A stretch of DNA of 63,762 bases, the filler included, from an uncultured Gemmatimonadota bacterium (GTDB lineage Bacteria; Blakebacterota; Blakebacteria; Blakebacterales; Blakebacteraceae): NCBI GenBank assembly GCA_964576115.1. It is 5 parts of 5 records of this genome, joined end to end, with 100 filler letters (N's around TTAATTAATTAA, not from the genome) between each part and the next. Parts side by side here need not be neighbours in the genome. Positions count along the whole stretch, not along the records: positions 42,006 to 55,000 come from CAZNUA010000076.1; positions 55,101 to 63,762 come from CAZNUA010000090.1; 3 more parts are not named here. One strand, 5' to 3'. Each line of letters begins with the position of its first letter. Position 1 is the stretch's first letter. The notes below the pieces were generated by a model. It was not told where the DNA came from. It saw only the letters and a program-made list of their open reading frames with translations, and ran no database searches. Of the stretch, positions 53,471 to 63,445 are shown one piece after another. The translations under genes and the position numbers were made by a program.

Positions 53471-54619
53471 GTGGATAATCCTTTCCGATATGGCCGCATT
53501 GTACGCGGCAAGTACTTCGCCGACCGCGAGAAAGAGCTGGAGGATCTGAAACGAGAGGTTCTCTCCGGGGGGCGTGTATTTCTCGTCTCACCCAGGCGGT
53601 TCGGGAAAACCTGTCTCCTCTTCAATCTCATCGATCGACTTCGTGAGAAGGATACTCCCTGCGCCTACCTCGATCTGAACGCCTGCCCCGATCTGGCCGA
53701 GTTCAGTGGGGCGGTGACCGCCGAGACTGCTCGCGCGATTGAATCCAATGCTGATAAGCTCTCGAAGATGCTGGCCACGCTGACCCACCTGAGGCCCCGG
53801 GTCACAGTATCCCCGGACGGGTCCATGACCATCGGGGCTGAAATGTCCTCACCTTCTACCGATCCCCTGGCGGGACTGATCGAGGGACTGGATCATGCCG
53901 AATCCCTGGCAGCCCGCCAGAGCAGGCGCATGCTCATCGTATTCGACGAGTTCTCCGATATTTCGAAGTACGACGGTGAGAAAGTGGAAAAGGCCCTCAG
54001 GTCAGCAATCCAGCGTCACGAGCATCTGTCCTATATCATGGCGGGATCTGAGCAATCCGTGATGATCTCGATGATCCGGGAGACAGGTCGGCCTTTCTAT
54101 CGCCTCGGGAGGGTCATGGAACTGGGCCCCATACCGAGGAAGGAGTACGCGGAATTCATCTCGGGCTGGTTCGAGCGAGGTGGATACGATATTCCCGAGG
54201 GTGCTGTGCAGCGGATACTCGACCTCGGCGAAGATGTACCCCACAATATCCAGAGGCTCTGTCATGCGATCTGGGAAGCGGCCCGAAACGACGCGGAGGT
54301 CACTACAGAACACATCGAGCGAGCACCCTTCGAGATTGCGCAGCAGGATTCCCCCCTCTATGAAATACTCTGGCAGAACGCGTCCCAGCTCCAGAGGTCG
54401 TTGCTTATCGCCCTCGTGGAAGATCCCGGCCTCAGTCCCCTTTCCAAGGAGTTCATGCTCAAGCACGGCCTGGGGCCACCTTCTTCCATCCAGGCTTCTC
54501 TCCGCTCCTTGATGAAGAAGGGTCTGGTGATCCACGCAATCGGAGGGAACTACGAACTGACCGATGGATTCATGGGATACTGGATCCGGGGCGTTCTCAA
54601 AAAGCGGAGCGAGCTCTAG
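53471..54619 (+). CDS. AAA ATPase (archaeal-ATPase-like) with C-terminal winged helix
   Basis: NPF.YG, F.DRE.E, SPRRFGKT, IVFDEF, AGS. GTG start after GAGGGGAG. Confidence 0.88.
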   Translation: MDNPFRYGRIVRGKYFADREKELEDLKREVLSGGRVFLVSPRRFGKTCLLFNLIDRLREKDTPCAYLDLNACPDLAEFSGAVTAETARAIESNADKLSKMLATLTHLRPRVTVSPDGSMTIGAEMSSPSTDPLAGLIEGLDHAESLAARQSRRMLIVFDEFSDISKYDGEKVEKALRSAIQRHEHLSYIMAGSEQSVMISMIRETGRPFYRLGRVMELGPIPRKEYAEFISGWFERGGYDIPEGAVQRILDLGEDVPHNIQRLCHAIWEAARNDAEVTTEHIERAPFEIAQQDSPLYEILWQNASQLQRSLLIALVEDPGLSPLSKEFMLKHGLGPPSSIQASLRSLMKKGLVIHAIGGNYELTDGFMGYWIRGVLKKRSEL

Positions 54620-55000
54620 CCGAGACATCCCGTCAAGGAACAGGGATAAGTAGCTGAATTTCACCGTCATTGCCGTTTTCCGGGGTTTCCGGGTCCCTTC
54701 AGCCGGATATGAGGCCTCTGTGTAGCTGATGACACCCGGGAAGAGCTGCTTTCATACTCTCGGGCACCTCACCACAGCCTCCATACGCTCTCAAAGGCCC
54801 GGAACCGCCACGCAGACCGGAATTCAGGCATACTCCCACCTGTTAGGGTCTCGCACTGTAATGGGATCGGCGCGCTCAGGCTGACTCGGCCACGGCGAGC
54901 AGTTCCGGCGGCGACCGGCTCGAGGTCACCAGCGACTCACCCGGACGCCATGAATATAATATGAGCTGTGCCCACCGCATGCGGCACCGACGCTCAAACG

Positions 55001-55100
55001 NNNNNNNNNNNNNNNNNNNNNNNNNNNNNNNNNNNNNNNNNNNNTTAATTAATTAANNNNNNNNNNNNNNNNNNNNNNNNNNNNNNNNNNNNNNNNNNNN
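55001..55100. other. Artificial contig linker
   Basis: N-TTAATTAATTAA-N. Confidence 0.98.
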
Positions 55101-55395
55101 CGATTATCTCACCGAAATAGCCGTTGTCTTCGAACCTGAGAAAAGACTCATGCATGTCGCCATCGCAGAGCCGGGGCAACATGCGCACGAGTGCAGCCGG
55201 GTGACGCTGGATCTGGTGACGTTGACCGTGACGCCGTGATGCTGCGCAATTCCTGCGTCCTCGTTGGCACCTTTGAAGCCCCGATGTACGTACAATAGGG
55301 GGCTGCCGATCGCTTCACCCCTTTACCCCGGCGATCGATCGAGACAACCGGGTGCTCACGGAACAGGGTCGGCGCAGAACGGATTGGAGAGCAGA

Positions 55396-55740
55396 ATGAC
55401 AGCGGGAAGACCGGTCGGGCACATCTCCGACATCAAGTGGCACAATTCACACAAGGTGGTCGAGCTGGTTTTCCAGAACGTCGATCCAGCCATGGTTTCA
55501 CAGCTCACGAAAGGCGATACCTGCAATCCGCAGTACCAGGAATCACCGGAGGGCCGATTGATATTCATCGGTGCGGTGGTCGCGAGCAATGATCCCGTGG
55601 ACGGTACGGGCAAGAATGTCATCAGGATGTATGTCTTGCCGAGTGAGCTCGATCGCCGGAATTCCTATCCGGGCCACACCCGGTATGTGCTCGAGAACGC
55701 CGAAACCCTGAGAGATAAGGGAGATATCTTCACCTTCTGA
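55396..55740 (+). CDS. Hypothetical protein (114 aa)
   Basis: GGAGAG SD before ATG and a globular-looking composition; no family recognised. Confidence 0.62.
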   Translation: MTAGRPVGHISDIKWHNSHKVVELVFQNVDPAMVSQLTKGDTCNPQYQESPEGRLIFIGAVVASNDPVDGTGKNVIRMYVLPSELDRRNSYPGHTRYVLENAETLRDKGDIFTF

Positions 55741-55835
55741 AAAATTCCCCGATCTGTCGACGGGCTGGTCTCACTTTGATGCCGGCTCGTTTCGTCCTGC
55801 CTGGAATGGATTCTGGTACCGAGGTGGAGGATCCG

Positions 55836-56596
55836 TCACGGATAGTCCAGCCCGGCCACGGTCGGTGTGATTCGGTATGCCACGCCCGTCTTGGCCCCTG
55901 TCTCCTCGTCCGTTTCAAGGACCAGGAAATGTCCGTATGAGAGAGTGCCGCTTCGAGCCGGCCAGGTCGTCTCACCCAGGAATTCACCTTCAGGACTCAC
56001 GACGTACAATACCCTTTGCCGTTCTTCAGCTGGAATGGAGGAGTCGGTCAGTATATAGAGCCATATGAATCCCGAGTCGTCGACCTGAACCCGTGTCCAG
56101 AAATCCTTTTTATCGGGGATCTCCAGCAGCTCGTGCTGCCGTTTGTACATGGCCTTCCAGCGGCCTTCGGGGGCCGTGTCTATGTAGTCCCTGGAAGCCT
56201 TGTTGATAGCCGCCCGTTCCTCGGCGGTCACTTCCGCACGATCCATTCTGATCGTGATTTCCGACGTCAGCGAGCCGCCCAGATCATACCATCTGAGTAC
56301 CGGCTCCTCACCCGTACTCATCAGCAGGCCGCGTCCGGGGCGGTAGNNNNNNNNNNNNNNNNNNNNNNNNNNNNNNNNNNNNNNNNNNNNNNNNNNNNNN
56401 NNNNNNNNNNNNNNNNNNNNNNNNNNNNNNNNNNNNNNNNNNNNNNATTTGATACGGCACGGACAGTTCCACCCCTGGTCGAGATGTCGAAGGTGTGAAC
56501 ATCCTCTCCTCCCCCGGAAGAACATCCGACCGCGATAAGCACCATGAGAGACCAGTGCAGGAAGCGGGGAGACCTGATACACCGGAGTCGCGGCAT
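55836..56596 (-). CDS. Probable 6-bladed beta-propeller lipoprotein, interrupted by the gap at 56347-56446
   Basis: N-terminus MPRLR...IAVGC after AGGAG. C-terminus VQVDDSGFIWL and YVVSPEGEFLG. The two halves are in different frames across the gap. Confidence 0.7.
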
Positions 56597-56736
56597 GGGA
56601 GTTCTCCTGGTGTGAGATGATAGGAAAAGGATGCGCGTGCGTGCACAACCTTGGAACGACATGCCGCTGTCTGTCGTTATAAGTAAACATAATAACCATC
56701 GGATCAGTGGCAGGGGGAAAGAGAGACGCTGCGGGA

Positions 56737-57990
56737 TCAGATCAGACGTCGCAGTTTCACCCGCATTTCGATGCTTTCCTCCCCGCGGCGCACCCGGAAG
56801 GCCACTTCTTCCCCCTCCTGTTTCAGTATCTCATTGACCTCGTCGAGGGAGAGGTCGGCCGCCGGTCGACCGTTGACGGCGGTGATCCGATCTCCGACCT
56901 CGAGTCCCGCCTCGGTGGCGGGCGAACGGGGGATGAGATGGGTCAGCACCAGGGCGCCCGCCGGATCCCGGATGTACTCGATCCCCGCCATGGTGAGGTC
57001 GAAGGGATCGGCGAAGTTGCGATTCGGTTCGAGGATGAGCCTCAGGCCGTGGTAGTCGAAAATCACATTGAAACGGCGCAGGAGACCCTGTCCCAGGGCT
57101 CCATCCTTCGCCCACGGTGGCGCGGGTTCATGCTCCGGAGTCCTGAAAGAGGCGATCACGTCATCACATTGAAATGATCCGAGCTGGACGTGCCCGATCC
57201 GGCCGAGCAGGCGTTCGACCTCGCCGTTCACCCCGCGGGCGTGCCCCGGGATCACTTTCTCAGGCAGAGAGAGACCGGTCCGGTCACCGGTGTTCAGAGT
57301 CAGCGCCGCCTGGTTGCCGGTATCGATCACGAGTTCAACGGGAACCGGAGTCTCCCCGGCCATCGCCATCTCGCAGGTGGCGATGGGATAGCGCTCGAGC
57401 CTGAGGGGAAGCGTGGTGCCCGGTCCCGCGTACGTGAAACGGTCGGGTTCGGTGAGGGTGACAGTGCTGTTGTCGTAATCGATGGCGACGACGAAATGTC
57501 CGAACAGGGACTGCCCGATCACGCCGTCCGTGCTCTCGAAGTGTCTGCTCATGTCAGCGTCTTCGGGCATCACGATCGCCATCATGCCCGAACATTCCAC
57601 GCCCGGCAGCCCTACCGTCACGCCCATGGCCAGATCGCTCTCGACTCCCTCCCCCCCGGGGCCCATGACCATGCTCTTGCCGATGATTTCCAGACCGGCG
57701 GCCGCAACCCGATCGCTCCCCCACAGCAGGACGCCGTCTATCGGCATGCCCGTATCCAGAATCAGCCGGAGGGTAGTACCGCCCACCTCGACCGGCAGTA
57801 GTACATGATTCCCGATCATCTCGAAAGGGATGACCGCCCGGCCGTCCTCGGCGAGGATCCGGCAGGTGGCCGTCGGGGGGGGCTGCATACGCCGGGGTGC
57901 GGGCTCCTGTCCCCGGGCAGGGCTTCCGGTAAACAGGATGGTTGCGGCCATGATCGCGGTTACGAATGATTCGAGCATTCGCGTTGTCAT
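56737..57990 (-). CDS. Secreted aspartyl protease (two retropepsin-like domains) plus PDZ
   Basis: LILDTG and LVIDTG, DGVIG/DGALG, SPA..AGL.VGD.I.AVNG. Confidence 0.9.
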   Translation of the reverse strand: MTTRMLESFVTAIMAATILFTGSPARGQEPAPRRMQPPPTATCRILAEDGRAVIPFEMIGNHVLLPVEVGGTTLRLILDTGMPIDGVLLWGSDRVAAAGLEIIGKSMVMGPGGEGVESDLAMGVTVGLPGVECSGMMAIVMPEDADMSRHFESTDGVIGQSLFGHFVVAIDYDNSTVTLTEPDRFTYAGPGTTLPLRLERYPIATCEMAMAGETPVPVELVIDTGNQAALTLNTGDRTGLSLPEKVIPGHARGVNGEVERLLGRIGHVQLGSFQCDDVIASFRTPEHEPAPPWAKDGALGQGLLRRFNVIFDYHGLRLILEPNRNFADPFDLTMAGIEYIRDPAGALVLTHLIPRSPATEAGLEVGDRITAVNGRPAADLSLDEVNEILKQEGEEVAFRVRRGEESIEMRVKLRRLI

Positions 57991-58871
57991 CGTTCTGTCT
58001 CCTCGTTGTCTTTCTCCTCAGGTGTCCCCAGGCGTTCGAGCAGTGCCTGATACCCCGGTGCGGCCTCGCCCCGAAAAGCAAGCAGTCTTCGGTACTGTCC
58101 CGACAGATCGAGTTCTTCTTCCGGTTCATCCAGCTGCCCTGCCAGTGCCCCGTACAGCAGCTCATGCATGAGGCCGCTGTGGTATACCCATGAAGTGTAG
58201 GTATGAGCACTCCAGACGGCCTGGAGAACTGCCGTCGTGTCGGCGGAGAGGAGCGCCAGCAGGTGCTCCCGGCCGTCCACGACGCAGTTGGCCCACATCC
58301 CCGGCCAGCGTTCCAGGGTGCTCCGGCTTCTGGCATCGACAACGATCTCCGTCCCCGGTATCTCGCAGGGATGGTAGGCCTTGATCGCGATCGTGATGCC
58401 TCGGGCTGCGGCGACCGCGATATCGCCATGCATCTCCTCCAGCGGCCGGGGGAAGAGATCCAGCAGGGCGATCGTTTCGCAGCTCCCGAGCATCCGACGC
58501 AGGCGTTCGAATACCTGGGCCGGTGTGCTGAGGTGATAGAGGCGCTCATCGTCCGGTGCGGCCTTGAGCCTCATCAACTCCCGGTGCGCCTGCGCCTTGA
58601 GATCCTGAAAACGTCGTTCCAGACCGCCGAGGGCCTCCTCCACCGGTACCGCCCGACACAGCCGGCTGGTGCTGTCTTCGACCAATACCCATCCTTTTTC
58701 TTCGAGCGACTGGATCGCCCGGTAGGTGTTGGCCGTGGGCTTACCGATACTCTTGGCCACGCGGTACCCCGTCGCCGGTGAGTTTTCCACCAGAAAGGTG
58801 TAGACAGCGACCTCAAGGGTCGTCAGTCCAAGTTCGACCAGTGACTGTACCGTGCGCCTCGCCATACTCAT
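57987..58871 (-). CDS. TrmB-family transcriptional regulator
   Basis: LGLT.LE..VY..L, ATGYRVAK, YRAI.SL.EKG, C-terminal VVDGRE.L. ATGA overlap with the protease gene. Confidence 0.9.
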   Translation of the reverse strand: MSMARRTVQSLVELGLTTLEVAVYTFLVENSPATGYRVAKSIGKPTANTYRAIQSLEEKGWVLVEDSTSRLCRAVPVEEALGGLERRFQDLKAQAHRELMRLKAAPDDERLYHLSTPAQVFERLRRMLGSCETIALLDLFPRPLEEMHGDIAVAAARGITIAIKAYHPCEIPGTEIVVDARSRSTLERWPGMWANCVVDGREHLLALLSADTTAVLQAVWSAHTYTSWVYHSGLMHELLYGALAGQLDEPEEELDLSGQYRRLLAFRGEAAPGYQALLERLGTPEEKDNEETER

Positions 58872-58907
58872 GCCTCTTTCTCCGGATCGGACTCAGCTCG
58901 GTGATAA

Positions 58908-58929
58908 AGTAGTAGTTTATGCTACTACT
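58908..58929. promoter_or_regulatory. Perfect palindrome AGTAGTAG-N6-CTACTACT, candidate TrmB operator
   Basis: 8-bp inverted repeat about 37 bp upstream of the trmB start. Confidence 0.65.
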
Positions 58930-59165
58930 ATACGCTGATACCGGTACATGGTTCCCGAGTTTTCGCGATACTCCATGGTCTTGTGTTCGAGTACGATCGT
59001 ACTCCTGGTACCGGGTCTCTTCTGGTTGGCTGTGCGCACAAGGATACATAATCCTTAACAAGCCGGGCGGTGGATACGCGCCTCACAGTCGGGAACGAAG
59101 CCGGTTCTCGGGGGGGTTGACCTTCTTCGAAAAAAATCAGCTCAAGATGAAGAAAGCGGTGGATT

Positions 59166-60086
59166 TCAGGAAGTTTCGCCGGATCCTGCTTCTGACTGTT
59201 CTGATCCGTCCCCGTCGCTTTCGCACAGAAAATCCAGCGCCAGCCGGTTGAAGACCTCGGCCTCCTCGTAGTTCGGTACGTGGCCGGAATCCTCGAAGAT
59301 CTCCAGCCGGCTGCCGGGCAGCAGACGGTGCATCGCCTCGCCGCAGGTTAGCGGTACGGCCTTGTCATGTCGTCCCCAGACGAGCAGGACGGGCACATCG
59401 AGTGTGCCGAGCTGCTCGATCACCGGTTGGAGGGTGTCGAAATACCGCCGTCTGAGGATGCCGAGCAGGACCTCGTTGGTCCCCTGGATTTTATGAAAGC
59501 GGGTCACGTTGGCGAAGTACTCATCGGTCAGCCGGTTCCGGTCGTGGATGAAGAGATCGCCGAGGATCTTGCGGCGCACGAGGTCAGTCCGCAGGCCGGT
59601 CAGGAACTCGCCGACTCCGGGCAGGTTGAAGATCCGGGTCTTGAGCGGCAGTTGGTTGGGCATGCCGGCCGGGTCGATGAGCACCAGTCGGCCGACCCGG
59701 TCGGGGTTGTTGACGGCGAAAAGGACCGCCGTGCCCCCGCCCATCGACTGGCCCATCAGGTGGGCTCGCTCGATCCCCAGGGCATCCATGAAGCACTGCA
59801 CCTGTTCGGCGTAGAGAGGGTAGCCGTATTCGAGCGGTTCCCGGAAGCTGTACCCGAGACCCCACAGATCGGGAGCATAGACGGTGAAGTACTCGGCCAG
59901 GGCGGCGATGTTCTCGGCCCACAGATATGAATTGTAAAAATAACCGTGTATCAGGATTAGCGGTTCGCCGTTGCCTGCCTGCAGGTAGTGCGTACGGCGC
60001 CCCTCCAGCTCGATGAAGCTCCCGGTCGCATGCCGTTCGGCCCAGGCTTCCGGATCCTGACTGTTCCAGGGTATGAAATCCGCCAT
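59166..60086 (-). CDS. Alpha/beta-fold hydrolase
   Basis: LILIHG, DLWGLGYS, GQSMGG, WGRHD, SGHVP..E. True start is MADFIPW. Confidence 0.9.
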   Translation of the reverse strand: MADFIPWNSQDPEAWAERHATGSFIELEGRRTHYLQAGNGEPLILIHGYFYNSYLWAENIAALAEYFTVYAPDLWGLGYSFREPLEYGYPLYAEQVQCFMDALGIERAHLMGQSMGGGTAVLFAVNNPDRVGRLVLIDPAGMPNQLPLKTRIFNLPGVGEFLTGLRTDLVRRKILGDLFIHDRNRLTDEYFANVTRFHKIQGTNEVLLGILRRRYFDTLQPVIEQLGTLDVPVLLVWGRHDKAVPLTCGEAMHRLLPGSRLEIFEDSGHVPNYEEAEVFNRLALDFLCESDGDGSEQSEAGSGETS

Positions 60087-60274
60087 GATCCCGTCCTTAT
60101 TCGGCTGCACCCGGTACGAGGGCTTCGCCGGATTCAGATGATCTCCCTCCCGGCTGATCGAGCCTACAGGAATCCGAGGGCCTGCGGAAGAGCCCGTTGC
60201 TCCGCTCCTCGACTCACGGCCGACCGATTCGCGTGGTCCGGATACGGGAACCGCTGGAGAATGAGCGGGTCGAC

Positions 60275-60300
60275 GGAACCTTTGCCACCGGTTACCGTTA
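60275..60300 (+). promoter_or_regulatory. ECF-sigma-type promoter (GGAAC-N16-CGTTA)
   Basis: Motif ends 34 bp upstream of the ADOP ATG. Confidence 0.5.
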
Positions 60301-60333
60301 GAAAGAAAACCACCCACCGGAAAGGAACCGTTC

Positions 60334-62790
60334 ATGGCCAGGGACCCCTCCCGGGAGGGGCAGGCGATCGATCTGCTGGGGAACCTCCAGATTGATGTGT
60401 CCCACACCTTCCGGCAGTTCCGGCGCTCGCCGGTCTTCACTCTCATCGCCGTGCTGACCCTGGCTCTGGGGATCGGCGGTACCACCGCCATCTTCAGTGT
60501 CGTCAACACCCTGCTCTTCAGACCGCTGCCCTTCTCCGAACCGGAGAACCTGGTCTGGATCGCCAATACCGGCACTTCGGGGAGTCTCTCCTCGGTGACT
60601 CTGCGCACGTCGAATCTGCGCGACTGGCGCCGGCTGAACACCTCCTTCGAGGCCATGACCGGCTGGTTCGAATTCTACGACTACCTCTCCTATATCATGA
60701 CTGGCGAGGGCGAGCCCGAGCACGTCGTCGGGGTCGGGGTGGTGCCCGATTTCGTCGAGACCCTCGGCATTCCCCTCGAACTCGGCCGCAATTTCTCGAC
60801 CGAGGAGAGTCTGGACAACGGTCCCCCGGCGATCATCCTCACCCACGATTTCTGGCGCCGCCGCTTCGGAGCCGATCCCGGTCTGGTGGGTCGCTCGATC
60901 ACCATCAACAACACCCCCACGACCGTGATCGGCGTTCTGCCCGCCGGATTCGATTTCGGGACCGTCTTCACTCCCGGCACGCCGATCGATTTCCTCAATC
61001 CCTTTCCGGTCAGCGATGCCACCGACGGGTGGGGGAACACCATCAGCGTCATCGGCCGTCTCAAACCGGGGGTCTCGATCGCGGCCGCCCAGGCCGAACT
61101 CGACCAGATCAACGCCCGATTGCAGGAAGCCGATCCGGACCGCTGGGGCCTCGATGCCGCCGTGAGCGACCTGCGCACCAGGATCACCGGCCGGTTCGAA
61201 CGCGCTCTGCTGGTTCTCTCCTGCGCCATCGGGGTGGTCCTGCTGATCGCCTGCACCAATCTGTCGAACATGCTCCTGGCCCGCGCCATGGCGCGGCGGC
61301 GCGAGATCGCGGTGCGTAGCGCTCTGGGGGCCGGGCGCGCCCGGCTCGTCCGGCAGTTGCTCACCGAGAGTCTGATCCTCTCGGTTGGGGGCGCGGTGGT
61401 TGGAATCGGCGTCGCCTATCTCATCACCCGGGCGGTGTCCGCTACCAACGCCGTGAGCATCCCCCTGCTCGAAGCTGTCTCGGTCGATACCACGGCGCTG
61501 CTGTTCACTGTGATCGTGACGCTTGTCACCGGACTCCTTTTCGGCATCATTCCCGCCTTCCGGATCTCGCGCACTCGCGAGCACGAGGCCCTCAAAGATA
61601 CGGGGCGGGGGAGCAGCCAGAGTCGGGGACGGGTTCGTCTGCGCGAGGTCCTGGTCAGTGCCGAGATCGCCCTGGCCGCGCTGCTGCTGGTCGGGGCCGG
61701 ATTGCTGCTGCGCAGTTTCGTCACCCTGCTCGAGGTCGATCTGGGCTTCGATCCGGCCGGCGCCGTCACCTGGCGGATAGAAACCAACCGCCCGTTCGAC
61801 AGTAGCGCCGAACGACTCGCCTATAATGAGGACCTGATCCGCCGGATCACGGCTCTGCCGGGGGTCGAGACGGCGGGCCTGACCGACTGCCTGCCGCTGG
61901 GGCGCAACCGCGCCTGGGGGATCGCGGCCCTGGGTGAAGACGACGAACAATTGCAACAGACGGTCGCTCTGCCGCGGATCATCGATCACCGGTACCTCTC
62001 GACCATGCGCATCCCGCTCGTAAGCGGACGCGATTTCACGATGCACGATACCCGCGAGAGCGAACGGGTCATCATCGTGAACGAAACCCTGGCCCGCCGG
62101 CTCTGGCCCGGTGAGGACCCGCTCGACAAGATGCTCCTGGTCGGCCGGGCCTACCGGGTCATCGGGGTCGTGGCCGACGTGCGCCACTCCTCGCTGGAGG
62201 AGAGTGCCGGGCTGGAGATGTACCTCTCGATAGCTCAGCAATCAGCCATTTCAGCCGTGGATCTGGTCGTCCGTTCGCGCCTGGCGCCCGAAGCGCTTAT
62301 CCCGGCGGTGCGTACCGTCCTGCACGATTTCGACGCCACCCTGCCGACCGGGGAGTACCGGACCCTCGACGAGATCGTCGACCTGGCCGTCTCCCCGCGG
62401 CGGTTCATACTGCTGCTGATCGGCGCCTTCTCCGGGGTGGCCCTGCTCCTGGCCGCGCTCGGCGTGTACGGGGTCATCTCCTATTCGGTCACCCAGCAGG
62501 TTCCCGAGATCGGTATCCGGATGGCGCTGGGGGCGACCGCGGGTCGGGTGCAGCGGGGTGTTCTCGGCCGGACCCTGCTTCTGGCGGGCGCGGGCATCGT
62601 CGTTGGACTGGCCGCCTCGCTGATTCTGACGCGCCTGATCGAAGCTCTGCTCTACGGCATCAGCCCGACCGATCCCCTGACCCTGGCCGGGATGGTCGTC
62701 GTGCTGGTCCTGATCGCGGTCGCGGCCGGCTTTATCCCGGCCCGCCGGGCTTCCCGGATCGATCCGGTCTCAGTCCTCGGTTCGGCCTGA
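60334..62790 (+). CDS. ADOP-type ABC transporter permease lacking the long prefix domain
   Basis: [63 protein letters not shown]. Confidence 0.94.
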   Translation: MARDPSREGQAIDLLGNLQIDVSHTFRQFRRSPVFTLIAVLTLALGIGGTTAIFSVVNTLLFRPLPFSEPENLVWIANTGTSGSLSSVTLRTSNLRDWRRLNTSFEAMTGWFEFYDYLSYIMTGEGEPEHVVGVGVVPDFVETLGIPLELGRNFSTEESLDNGPPAIILTHDFWRRRFGADPGLVGRSITINNTPTTVIGVLPAGFDFGTVFTPGTPIDFLNPFPVSDATDGWGNTISVIGRLKPGVSIAAAQAELDQINARLQEADPDRWGLDAAVSDLRTRITGRFERALLVLSCAIGVVLLIACTNLSNMLLARAMARRREIAVRSALGAGRARLVRQLLTESLILSVGGAVVGIGVAYLITRAVSATNAVSIPLLEAVSVDTTALLFTVIVTLVTGLLFGIIPAFRISRTREHEALKDTGRGSSQSRGRVRLREVLVSAEIALAALLLVGAGLLLRSFVTLLEVDLGFDPAGAVTWRIETNRPFDSSAERLAYNEDLIRRITALPGVETAGLTDCLPLGRNRAWGIAALGEDDEQLQQTVALPRIIDHRYLSTMRIPLVSGRDFTMHDTRESERVIIVNETLARRLWPGEDPLDKMLLVGRAYRVIGVVADVRHSSLEESAGLEMYLSIAQQSAISAVDLVVRSRLAPEALIPAVRTVLHDFDATLPTGEYRTLDEIVDLAVSPRRFILLLIGAFSGVALLLAALGVYGVISYSVTQQVPEIGIRMALGATAGRVQRGVLGRTLLLAGAGIVVGLAASLILTRLIEALLYGISPTDPLTLAGMVVVLVLIAVAAGFIPARRASRIDPVSVLGSA

Positions 62791-63192
62791 GTTCGGGCGC
62801 CGGTGTTCGACCGGATCCCGGCCCTCGTATCGGCTGGGGCATTTGGTCAGCACCTGCCGGGCCCGAACCCGTGTGCCGTCGAAGGTGCCGATCACGACCA
62901 CGGCCGGGGCGTCGTCGAAAGCGGCCGGTTTCACACCCGCATACACTACTTCGAGAGAATCGCCCGTGACGGGTTCAAACATGACGAAGTGAAAGGCCCG
63001 CTCCGGACCGGTCCCGTACCAGCTGCGGTGGGGCTCGGGCAGTTCTCCCGAGATCTGCACGGTCCGGTCCTGTGAGGCGCGGGCCTCGGTGAAAGTCACA
63101 TAGGGATTCAGGGATTCCGTGAACGTCCCCAGGCCCAGATAGAGAAACCCCGCCAGGGCGATGATTCCGATGATGACCCGGTTTCTGTTCAT
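62770..63192 (-). CDS. ccmE: Cytochrome c maturation protein CcmE, CxxxY variant
   Basis: N-terminal TM helix, [19 protein letters not shown]. Confidence 0.9.
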   Translation of the reverse strand: MNRNRVIIGIIALAGFLYLGLGTFTESLNPYVTFTEARASQDRTVQISGELPEPHRSWYGTGPERAFHFVMFEPVTGDSLEVVYAGVKPAAFDDAPAVVVIGTFDGTRVRARQVLTKCPSRYEGRDPVEHRRPNSGRTED

Positions 63193-63445
63193 GGGTCCGC
63201 ACTCCCCTGCCGCAGGCGGGATGCCGGCCCGGGCCGGTGACCGGAATTCCTCGCTCGAGAATCCCGTCACCGGTCGGCCGGATCCCTCTGCAAACCCTGC
63301 CAAGATAGTGCCGTTCGCCGGAGGGGTCGATGATGCGTTTGGCGCTTGCGAACGGCTGCCAGGTGCGTAACGTGCACGCCGGCTACCGACCGGTCCGGGC
63401 TGAACCGGCCGCCGCCTTTCCCGCCAGTTACAGGAGCGCGAATAC

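Noticed and set aside
59166-60656. N-terminal extensions in the ORF track (also 28330, 50245 and 63642 starts)
   Set aside because: They overlap other genes or promoters; family-like sequence and SD sites point to downstream starts.
63288-63312. Possible sigma54 site between ccmE and ccmF
   Set aside because: TGGCAGGGTTTGC has the wrong spacing, and the alternative CGGCACTATCTTGGC has a poor -12 element.
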